Shown here: in pieces, positions 12,776 through 24,259 of the stretch
How the letters are laid out: each line of letters begins with the position of its first letter
Position numbering within the stretch: the stretch's first letter is position 1
Origin: Lingula anatina
Lineage: Eukaryota > Animalia > Brachiopoda
Direction of reading: 5' to 3'
DNA length: 64,000 bases
NCBI GenBank assembly: GCA_051362555.1
Contig: CM120645.1
Coordinates: forward strand, 7,068,001-7,132,000
Position numbers and translations under genes: made by a program
Notes under the pieces: model-generated
What the model saw: the letters and a program-made list of their open reading frames with translations, nothing else
The model's database searches: none
Told to the model about the DNA's origin: nothing

Positions 12776-13962
12776 CTTGAAGTGTCCAGAAATACTGCAG
12801 TCACGCGTACATCAGGCATGCTTATATGTACGTACTGGGTATTATCGTTGGGGTCAAGGGTTCTACCAGCTCAACTGAATAATATTCACGAGGGTTTAGG
12901 CTTAACAGACAGAAATACTAGAATAGTTCTCACTTAAACGAGGGTCTGGTGGTATGCGTCAGTCTGAAATGTTAATCATCGTTAAACTTCAATTATTTCT
13001 ACTTTATCTAATTCCAAAACGGGTCTTGGAGGGTGGGAGGTAATTATGTTACGTCACACACACGCGCGCGCGCACGCGCATATACATGTATGTAGGCCTA
13101 GGCCTATTCTGCCTATTTGCATGACGACCGCATTTATCAGCATTTCCATTTGCCCTCCTCCACTGCATTTATTCGATCTTTACATATTTTCAAAGGCATA
13201 ATGATAACACATATAGGATGACATATGAAGTGAGCAGAGTTTTCGTTGAATAATAATTTATTTCTCACAAGAAATTAATATTGGAAACTTGAAAAGGGTT
13301 AGTTCCAGTTACCTACGTGTACAGCTACATAATCCCTCATACTCAGTTGCCCCTCTTAATACATTGTAATGACACATCATATTCTATGGCCATGAAAAAT
13401 ACTGGCAGATCTGAGATGGGGAAGGGAAACAGTGCCTAGTGCCTGCACACATTTAATTGTATTCCAGTGTATGGTCAAAATTCTCCTCGTTTGCCGTTTC
13501 CCATAGAAAAATATTGCATTAGCCAAACATACATATGATATATACAAGCAATAAGTTTACGTTTTTTTTTTCAAAACCCATATGCAGCTTATACATAGAT
13601 TTTTAAATGGGAAAAGAATAAAATGAGTGGATCGAGTGTATAAATGAGTGTCAGAGTGAATGTAAAGGTTGATATTTGGGATGAATTAATTATTACGCAA
13701 TTGAGAGAATTAGCTGAAAAGATTAAAGAAACAGATTTTCTATGGGGCGAAACTAAGTGCCAAATTATGTAGACCGTCTGTATGAACGTGCTCTCCTAAA
13801 AAAGGAGATTCGTTTACATTGTGTTTTCGAATCCGAAGCATGTGCGTCAGCTTGAATACTGTCCATGCAGTCACTTTCTGCGGTTTCTTGTGTTAATGAG
13901 GGCTAGAAAATTAAAACGCTTACCCCAGCTGGAATTCAGTTGTACACGCTTTTTTACTGAAA

Positions 13963-16555
13963 ATGGCAAAGAAGGCAGACAGTGACGCAGAACTCGAGGA
14001 GCTGCGAAGACACGTCGTTGGTGACATGACCACATCAACCCCAGAAGTCGCTGATCAGCATGTCCGCTCAAAAGCTCCTTATGTCAACCCAGTTTTTTTT
14101 AATGTCACCAAAACTTGGGCCCCCGCTACCGTAATGATCTGGACCTCGTGGCATCGACGATGTGAGAAAGAAATCGTTCGATGTGTTCGAGAAGGTATTG
14201 TGCCCATATATAGTACTAGTAGACTAGTAGTGGTAGTGGTAATAGTAGTGTTGGTGCTGGTGGTAGGGGCGGTGGTGGTAGTAGTAGTGGTAGTAGTAGT
14301 AGTAATGGTGTTAACAGTTAGTAGTGGTGGCGGTAGGGGTGGTGGTGGTGGTAGTAGTAGTAGTGGTATAGTAGTAGCAGCAGAAGCAGCAGTAATAGTA
14401 GTAGTAATATTAGTAGTAGTATTGTTGGATTGGCAACATTTATTTGTTAGGTACTAGTACCTTGATCCATTGGTGAAACAGAACTGCATGTTTTACGCTA
14501 CAAGTAAGCAGATTTTTTTCAGAGGAACTTTACCAATTTTGATGTCAGTTTATTACTTTCACATTTTTTTCATAAAATAGTTTGGAGAGTCACATAAATT
14601 TGTAAAAGAATTCAGACAGATATGATTACATTTTCCCCTAGATCCTTTGATCAAGACAGTGTTGACTGCAATGGAAAAGAAAGGATGGTAAGCAATTACT
14701 GTAGACCAACATATTATATCATAAATTATGATTTTTATAGAGAAAGTGTTTGTTTTAATTGGCAGTAAATGAATATAGCAGAAGTGTCTTGTAATGATAC
14801 TGGTGAGTTTAATTGATTTTATAATTTCAGGCCCATAGCCAACAATTTCCAAAGGAGGTTCTTTTTTGGAAAAAGTGGACCTATTACCATGAAACCTGCA
14901 CCTAGTTAAAATTTTGCCCAGAGAAGACCTTTTCCTGGCAAAAAAGGGGGTTCGTTCGACACCCCCCCCCCCTCTCCCCGGCTACGGGCCTGAATTTAAC
15001 ATCTACCTCAGATGGTACCAGTATTATAGTATTATGAAGAATAATATACTATGTTTTTGTTACAAACTACTGTAACATTACATGGTTTCCTTAAACTACA
15101 TGTACGTACTGGGTACTGCATGCTATATGGATAATGATTTTATGATTTGCAACGGACTTTAAAAATAAACTAATGTTTTCTGTTTCAGCCCAGTTGATTT
15201 GTTGAGACATGTGGTATGTGAAAACTGTCATTACCCAGGCATACTGACAAGAGATTATGGATTCTTTGATAGAGAAATAAACCAGGTATAACAATAATAA
15301 TAATAATGATCTTTAACACCAAGTCAGAATTGATGTAACATAAGCCAGGTAGTAAGCAAGTTCATATGACATTCATATTGATCAGCAGTTGATCTTCTTT
15401 TGATGGTGCATGTAAACAATAAAGGTGTTCTTCATATGTGAATGCACCGTGTCAGATTTATTTATTTACATTATTTTTTTCCTTAAAACTTAAATTCATC
15501 TTGTAGATTTATCTGTGTGCCAATCAAGTGCAGAATAAGCAAATACGCCATGTTTTCCTTCGGGAGCTGATTGTCGCATATGACCACTGTCGTGCTAAGA
15601 TAGATGTGAATAGTGTTACACAGGAAGCATGCACAGAGGTAATTTTGTGTGTTTATGGTAATTACTTGATGAATTCGAAAAGCATGAATTGATTATTTTC
15701 CCACAAAATATGTTTGTTTGTTATTCTAAAAATTGTTGATTAAAAAGTTTTGGGGTGTTATTTGGCGTCTTGATCGAATGTACAAGCACACTTTTAGTCT
15801 GTTGCCCTTGGTAATTTGAGTTACCTCAGTCTTGTTGAAAATGGAAAATTTTGGTGCAAATCAGTATTTAAATTATTAGAACTCCACTGACATGAGGACA
15901 ATGGCACAAAAATTAAATAATATCACAACTGTTATTCCACTCCAGGTACGTGCTGCCAATCTCTCTGGAGAATGCACAAGTCTGCGGAAGATGTGGAAGT
16001 CTTATCCTCTCACCACACTAGGGAAGATAAACGGAATGCACAAGGTAGAAGGAATACATGGACTGTATTCAAGATATTTTTGGACACATCTTAAGTTTTA
16101 ATGATAATTGGCATGAAACCAAAACACTTCCTATGTTTTTTAACAATGACATTGTATTTATCCCCTATTATGTGCACATGATAAAATGTATATACTAAGA
16201 CATGTTCCTGTACTGTATGTATGTATGTATGTATGTATGTACAGTATGTATGTACAGTACTACATGTATCTAATGCACTGTATGTACAATGTAGGTATGT
16301 AAATTTGTGCAAATTTATATACATGTAGTTTTATATATTTTTTGTTTGAATTTACAGGAATGTGTCAGAAAGAGGGCAGTAGATGCTTTACAGAAATCTT
16401 TCTCAGGCAAACCCAGACTAGAGCTAAGGGCGGCTGTAGACCAGGTATTTGAGAGGTGTTATAATGACCTTGACCCCCTAGGCAGACGACCCAGGAGAGG
16501 ATCGGCAGCAGACGCCGCCAATGCTTACACGGACAGTCAGTTCATGAACCATTGA
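13963..16555 (+). CDS. ATP23: Mitochondrial inner membrane protease ATP23 homologue, 267 aa, 6 exons, degenerate zinc motif
   Basis: Exons 13963-14194, 14642-14687, 15189-15285, 15507-15638, 15946-16044 and 16358-16555 join in frame (804 nt). Motifs DPLIKTVLTAMEKKGC, RHVVCENC, IYLCANQ, ELIVAYDHCRAKID, ACTEVRAANLSGEC, CVRKRA and AVDQVFERCYNDLDP match the ATP23 (peptidase M76) family. Confidence 0.92.
14212..14422. repeat. (GTA/GTG)n low-complexity tract in ATP23 intron 1
   Basis: Long GTAGTAGTGG... run; it explains the poly-Val/Gly/Ser tail of ORF 13963-14457. Confidence 0.9.
14828..14992. mobile_element. 165-bp MITE in ATP23 intron 2
   Basis: Terminal inverted repeats CAGGCCCATAGCC / GGCTACGGGCCTG (12 of 13 match), flanked on both sides by AATTT (possible TSD); internal poly-C tract. 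Confidence 0.7.
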
Positions 16556-18156
16556 CATCGGTTGTGGTTTTAGGCTTTGTGGAAATTGAAAATAATTATT
16601 GTTTATTTTTTCCCTTTACAACTAGTGTATGGCATTTCAAATTATGAATATTTATTACAAGATAATGGCTACATGTAAGATCATTTGAGCTTAGAAAATT
16701 TAATTGACAGTATATCTTTTTCAATTTATTGAGGTTTATTGGTGGATCATTATTGGGGTTATATTTCCTGTTGTTCGTTTGACGTAGATTTATTATGTTA
16801 TACAGTATCTCAGTGGATTTTATATAACACACCAAATTCAATTTTTATGTGATAAAGAACATGAAATTGTGCATTTCCTAATGCTGTTTTGGAGCATTAT
16901 CACTTGAAATTATTCAAATATGTGAATAAATACCTGATTTTATCCGGTTGTGACACGTATGTATTATCTACCAGGGTCCTTCCAGCTGTTGCAAGTCTTT
17001 TATACTATTTTGTAACAGCTAGAAAACATCTGGCAGATAGTAAGAAACCTGCACGTTCAAGCAACTTGTGTTGAACTTAAAGTCTCCGGTGCTCATCCAG
17101 ATTTATAAGTCATTTTATATTTCTTACTTTAATCTGCTGTTTTGTAGAATAGAAACTCATTTTATTCTAGATCAATTTATTTCACACAGACGGACCGAGT
17201 ATTCAATTGAAGAGTTGTAGAATTAAATTTTGCAAGCAATATTACAGAAAATCAGTTGCTCTACAAAATGACTACATGTAGCGCATGTTATCGGTATTTA
17301 TCATTTGTTTTACACTGCACACATGAATTGACCCCTTTAAATTCCTTGAATTTGGAAACGCGATCAAGAAAAATAGAGCAGTAACTTGGTGCGCAAAATT
17401 TGAAGGGAATCTACACATTTTGAAAATGTTTATGTGGATACATATACCAATAATTTGTCATTCGAATAGGTTTGTATGACGCCACCGAAAAATATAGAAT
17501 ATATGCTATTTTACGAACCTCCAACCTACCGAAAATAAGTGTTGTAAGTAGGCGTTATAATTCAAGTGTTTACGGTACGTGTATGTGCTACCAGTGCATG
17601 TGTAGCCTAGTGGCGATCAGAGTCTTGACAGTGATTTCGTAGGAAGTTCTTCCTCACCGGTATTTATGGCAATATTAATCCCATTTATACACGGTGGGTA
17701 GAAAATTATTATGCAGTGGGTCTTTTGTGTTCAGCTGCTGTTAAACATGAACTTGTGGCCCCTTAAAAGAAACTTTAAAAGAATCGGAATCGGCAAAGAA
17801 AAGATATTGACCGCATTTCAATAAAATGTGAGGAATACATCGCGAATATTCATAACAATCCTGGCAAATTTTGCTAATCCAGCTGAACAAAGATGATCAA
17901 GGCTCCGATTTCTCTCACCGCATGCATAGTTTGCCCAGAGAGATTTGTTGTGACTGTTCAATCGACCAGCGTGTGTGTGCTTAGCTTTTAAAGGGATTCA
18001 TTATTTCTTGGAAGATCAATCAAATCCAGTCGAGCCTAAGCAGCTGTGTGCACGCTACACAAAATTCTTGTGCTATTCGGTGCCTGGTGAGCACTCGCAA
18101 CGGTGTCCTTGGGTTTATCACACACACATACATGTAGCTGTGGGAGTTAACAGGAT

Positions 18157-20428
18157 ATGATGCGGAACTGCGTTTTCCAGAGTTCACCCGTGTCCCTCTG
18201 CACGGTCCTTGGTGCCTTCGTGTTTCTAGCTACCACAGGAGTTCTCGGACTTACCAAGGAAACCAAAGATCATGACCTAGAATTCATAGTAAGTTGTGCG
18301 AAGCCTGTCATCGAACAAGCATAGTGAGATTAGCAATAGATACATGTAGTATGTAGTAAAATTCTGGATGTTCCAGTAAAGAATAGAATGGATTTGCTTT
18401 AATTGTCAAATAGGGAGCAAAGGACATTAAAAAACATATTGAGGGCAGTCATTGCACATTGCATTATGATATGCCGCTTTGAGCATTGTGCCTGGTTGGT
18501 TGCAGTGATTTAAGTCGAAGAATTAATTTTTGTATTTAGTAAACTCCTGTTTAGCTCCAGCTAAACCCATCCAGATGATAAACCATAGTACCTTTACTTT
18601 ATTTCTGTTTCGAGATCAGAAATCGTTGTGTATGGTCCGTGTTTCAGAGAAACCCAATGATCTCAGTTTGTCGAAGATACTCTGTCTGCGCGATTTATTC
18701 TCTCCAGCCCTCCAGGCCCCCTCCCCCACCCTGCAAGCTTTTTCTTCACTCTGATCTCAACACTCCCCAGGCTGATCAAATAATACCCGCGCCAAGCCAC
18801 TAAGGCATTATTTGTGCACTTTAATATCGATCAGTCATGTACGATACTTATTCATAATTTCTCGAGCACTCCGTTCGTGGAAATCTTGACGTATATTGAT
18901 AGCTGCTCTCAACGTGGACACATCCAAAAAGAGTTCTCTTCTGCGATGTATTCACTGGCTACCTCAAGGCGTTATAATTAGGGCCCTGTGACTTGTGCAG
19001 ACAGAATACATATTTCTCTTAAAATCCAATGCATTATTTCATAGACAATATTACAAAATTTTGTCCATGACTATTTTAAATGAAAGCCTTGGATCTCCAC
19101 AGATTAGTTAAAAAAGGATATAAAAGGTTTTTAAATAAGATCGCAATTTTGTCAGTGTTTTTGTATATGGTATGCCTTTACTTTGGTGATGAAGAAAAAA
19201 GTGTGGAAAAATTCAGAAGATTGATATTTTGCTACATAAAAACCTAACGCGCAGTGCGTGACTGCAGCTTTTGTCAGCGCAGTGATATGAACATAGATGT
19301 AATCTGCTTGGTTGTGACACGGTGCCTCAATAACAGCTCATTTAATGGTTGTCTATCACAAACGCGTTAATGAATATTGGAAGAAATGATTTAAGCCACG
19401 GAGGAAGACTTCATTATAGGACTGGCGCGATCGAATCGATTTTATATGAAGTACAACCTGTGGTATTCGAAAGCAGATTAGTGTAACACTCAAAGTAAAG
19501 CAGCTGACAGCCCTTTCTTGTCAAACTAATCGAATTGTTAAAAAAACTCTAGCTTGCAGCAATGCTTACAGGCATTTAAAAAAACCTGTAAAAATTGAGC
19601 AAAATTCCTTTAATCGGCAAAAGATGCTGTATTGAAAATTGAAATTAAATTGCCAACAATTTTGTATAAATTTCATGGTGATTTAGTAAAAAGTCATGAA
19701 ATGTCGAAGAAAATTATTATAAATTTACTGTAATTATGATTGTTTTTGTTTTTTTTAAATTTATTTATCTATTTATCCTTTTTTGCTTAGTAAAAACTAC
19801 TAAAGGCTTAAATCACATCATGACTTTGTATGCTACCTTATCTCACCAGGCACAGTTGATAGCTAAACGCAATGCGGACAGCCTTTACCTGGAGATACTC
19901 GGGGGTGAACCCAACAGGGTCAGGCGGGCTCCCAGAAGCGTGGACGACGACGGTTTTCCTTCGTACTTTGATTCCAGATACGACGTACAGTTTCCGTCGA
20001 AGTTTTACGTAGAAAGACGGGCCAAGCGCTCTGCACAATCCGCCCACCGGCGCAACTATGTATCAAAAAGGGCAAAGGTTAACCAGATTAAGGGCTCACT
20101 CCGAGAAAAGAAGGGGGCTAAGCGAGCAAAACATTCGCCAGAAAACAATTCAGAGAGGGAACTTACTAGACTTAAGAGAATTGAGATTGTTGACCATAAA
20201 CTGGCGAAACAAGAAAACGATCTGTATAATAGCCCAAATAGCAAAGCTGAGGAAGATTTGATGAGAATAAAGCGCACACGACGCGACTCAGAAGTCGATC
20301 GAAAGGTCAGATCTGTAGAAGCGCCTTTAAAGGAAGATGATTTGATTCGAGTCAAACGCAAGGGAGCATTTGATGAAGACAGCGAAGCCAAAGACCTTCT
20401 CAGAGTTAAACGCACTGAGGTTAACTAG
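18157..20428 (+). CDS. Secreted prepropeptide (neuropeptide-precursor-like), 236 aa, 2 coding exons
   Basis: Exon 1 18157-18288 (MMRNCVFQSSPVSLCTVLGAFVFLATTGVLGLTKETKDHDLEFI; hydrophobic signal, GTAAGT donor, phase 0) joins exon 2 19850-20428 (caccag acceptor). More than 10 KR/RR sites; repeats ELTRLKR, EDLMRIKR, DDLIRVKR, KDLLRVKR. Confidence 0.8.
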
Positions 20429-23400
20429 AAAAACAGGGTGCAAGCCTGGACTCAAGACTTGGTGAGACTCCAGCGGAAAAAAAGGCACTCGTCTGATTGA
20501 GGAATTAATAAATTATTTTTAGAAAAGAAGCGGAAATTGTTGCAGAATACATTTACCATATCTGTTAAATCATGGTCAATGATCGAGGCCCGGGAAAAAC
20601 ATGCTGTACTCGTATGTTCCAGTTCTTTGTTTTTTCTTCGTTTTATCAATAGTATTTGGCTTTGAGATAAGAAACGTTTATCTCCAAATCAAGTCTTACT
20701 GCTCTACTTGCCGTACACGATTTGAACGCACTCTCACTCACTCACGCACTACCACACACAGACAGAGATGCTTTCATTGAAAAAAGCATAATATCATTTA
20801 TCTTTAAACTAAAATATCCTAAAATGTGGCCTATAACCAACAGACTGTGGTGATATAAGATGTGTATGTTTAAAAGCTGCGTATCAGGGGATTATTTCAG
20901 GACTTTCTTCAGAGGATGGTATTAGAAAACAAAATCACTGGTTAAAGAGACGCTTTTGTGGTAAAAAAATACCATGAAGGATACTTACATCATCATATTA
21001 GCTGAGTTAAGTAATATGACAATAAACATTCTATCTACATGAGAGAACATTAAAAATATATTTGGGTACTTGTTCTATCTGCAAACCTTTAATTTGTTTG
21101 TAAATAAAATCGACTGTGGATATTTAGAAGTTGTGTATGTACTTTAACGTAATTTTTTTTTCTAAAAGGGACTGAAAACTCTCACGTTTGATATAAATAG
21201 ACACAAGATTTATCCACTTTATTCAATTGTGTTTGATAAGCTATTGTGTTATAGAGAACACCTAGGGAAGGCCATTGCAGTAGTTGAGACAGGTGTCAAC
21301 ACAATGGCAATGATCAGAGATCGCAACAATCAAGAATCGGAATACAATTTAGTGACTTCATTAGTCGCAAAATTTCTATGAGAAGAAATTCATATAAGAA
21401 AATGATCAATTGTGCTTAAAATCTAGCGTGTTTCGCCGTGACCATAGTTCGCGTGTTTTCATGGCTCTACTCGTACTCTATAACAAGAATTTCATGTCGT
21501 CGGTTTGAAAGCAAGAAAACAAAAAACTTGTTAGTATTAAAATATGGATGGCGCATCCGACAGTCAATACCGTATAAATATTTGTTGATAGTGGCTAAAG
21601 TTAAGATCAATCTTACTTCACTTTCAAGCACTTCACCACACTATTACTTCACTTCTCGTGTTTCGCAATCTGTTTGAATATCCCCAGCAAGTGTCTAAGT
21701 CACTGTAAACAATCTGCTCAGATTTTACCCGGCGAGTGTTTGGATTATCAAAGATTATTCAAGTAAATGACTTTCACGCCTTTTTTAGCGTCAGGTTACG
21801 CTTGATGTACGCGTTTTACACCAAGGACACGCTTTGAATTGGTGCTTGAGTAGAGCGATACAGCATTGATTCGTATGTGATACTCATATTCTAAGAGTCA
21901 TTGCTTTAATGTGCTACTTCGTGTCTATCCTCGATCATACTAGGACTGCAAAGTAAAGATTTGGACTTGATTTGCCCCTGTGAAAAGTTGCCCAGCTGTT
22001 TGTTTCCTTTACTCTAGAGATGGCAAGGTAAAAAAGGCTCAATACTATAACTCAAAATCAAGGGTAATTTTCTGCTGGCCATCCCCGGTTGAGTGTGTGT
22101 CTTATCTAAAAGCAAAGTTTAATCGAACAGGATTAATTCTTTACTCTGGTGTGTTCTTGCACATTGTATTCCTAAAGCAGTGTATCTTGACTGTCCCTGT
22201 TGTTGGACAATTGATCGAATATCGGATTTTACGTGCAAAAATAGTTTTTTATACTCGTATTTCTTTCTAAGAGGGATGTTTTCCTTCTGAAGAATTATTG
22301 ACGGATATGAAAATCTCTTAGAAGACGAAACAAAAGGATATCAAGACAGCCGTTATATCAATGTTATACGTCGGACCCGTTTTTAGACGTAGATTATTCA
22401 ATATTGGAGGAATTGTTTCTACTTTCGGGTTCTTATTTCGGATCCCTACGTGAGGGCACTTCTGATATCAAATCAATACTGAGGCTGATATTTGTTAGTG
22501 CCCACAAATAGCGTCCTCCATTAATATATATTACCAAAAAGTTATAATTTCCTGATATTACATATTCACTACCCGTGTTCCCTTTACTTGCTTGGATCAC
22601 CTTGAAAAAATGGGTCTGATATGGAATACATCAAACAGATAATAGTTTATGATTAATTTATTTTGGTGTCTGATTATAGACGAGATAAATAGCAGAAAAT
22701 GAGCAGTTCATTTACAAAACGAGCACCTTTTTTATAACAAAGACCGAAATCGTTAAAGAGTGTAGAATAACATTGGCAAATAATGAACGCTCATAAAAAT
22801 AGACAGGGCAAATAAACAGAACGTCGAGTACGTATATGCTGTGTATTTGAAAACCTCAACAATTTTGTCAATTTGTACTTGGACAAATAATGCGAATTAT
22901 TTGTCCACGGTGTGTATAAGTTTCCCTCCCGTCACGTTAAATATTCCTCCCTGGGATATTTTTGATTGGATTTCCACGCCAAGCAATTATGTCGAATTGA
23001 TCTATTCATACTTAGCATTGTTTGTATAAATTCAGCACCGCATTCAATGGACACTCGCCTTGAATAGATCGCTAGTTAGCTCTATTTGTTTCTCATTAAT
23101 TATGCATTTGTCGCGAGGCATTGGAAACCACTTGAGCCCGCGTACGGCGTTCACAACACGCGCCGCGTGCCTGTAGCACGTTTCCAGAAAACATATCCTT
23201 GACAGCGGTTGACGTGAACCGTGCACGAGTCTTAGGACGCTCTTTTATCTCGGTCATAATTGTCACAGGGATGGTACATCACGTGCGAATACGGGTCATT
23301 AAACAGTAGACGGGAACTTACTTTGAAAAGGGCTGCTGAAAATCTGATTGTTGAAGTTCTGAGTAACTTTAATTCGTCTTGACAGTAATACACTGCACAA

Positions 23401-24259
23401 AAATCAAGGTATGTACAATGTAATGGAATACGAACTTGTTTGTTTTGAAGTGAAATCAGTTGAAATGAGTTTTAGAAATTGAGGCATACACTAGTGTATT
23501 TGCGAGATATAAACCAGAAAACATTCAATCAAATATACCGATTTTTAAATTGGAATATTTCTATAGATAAAATGCACTTGGATTCATCACACCGAAACTA
23601 TTCTAATATTTAATTGATTATATATACTGACTATAATGTTAAAGATACGTATTTTTAGGAGTTTACTTATATATCGGGACACACGTTAAGTTAGTCTTAA
23701 TCTATAAACCAAAACTTACAGTATATTTTAACCTCGAATCAATTAGTGCCCATACGTCAGACCTGTATTAGAAAAGGTAGAAGAGTGTTAAGTATCCTAA
23801 ACATTTTTATATTTCACTTAATTGTTTCATATTTATCTTGGATCAAAGTTAACATGTGTTTGATCTTACAGTGAAGGCTTATCCTCTACCCCGACCGCAG
23901 ATTGATGTTTCACTGTAGTACACAGATATATGTCTCTGGCTATTTTTTTTACACTTTTTTCTACTTCCTTTGTGTGGAATTGATGTCATAACTCCGTTAA
24001 CCTCTAGTATAGAGAACGTAGTGATGACGTACGTTGGCCCTATTACTAAAAAAAACCCCTGAAAAATAGACTTTTTAAGGGGTTCGACGTGCTGCCTCTC
24101 TTGAACGCCCCCCCCCCCCCCGATCTTTTTGTTTTAAAATACTAGTTATAATCATGAAGACACAAACACTGCGTTGGTGTAAACATGGTACTATTGGTAA
24201 TGTAATTAGACTTGCAATATATTTGTAAATATCTGTTAAGGTTCATGTTCAATTCTAGT

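Noticed and set aside
14195-14457. Poly-Val hydrophobic tail of ORF 13963-14457, resembling a TM segment
   Set aside because: Read-through into an intronic GTA/GTG microsatellite past the donor at 14194.
19736-19849. Hydrophobic N-terminus of ORF 19736-20428 as the signal peptide
   Set aside because: T-rich intron sequence upstream of the acceptor at 19849; the exon at 18157-18288 gives a better signal peptide with a consensus donor. Use as an alternative start is not fully excluded.
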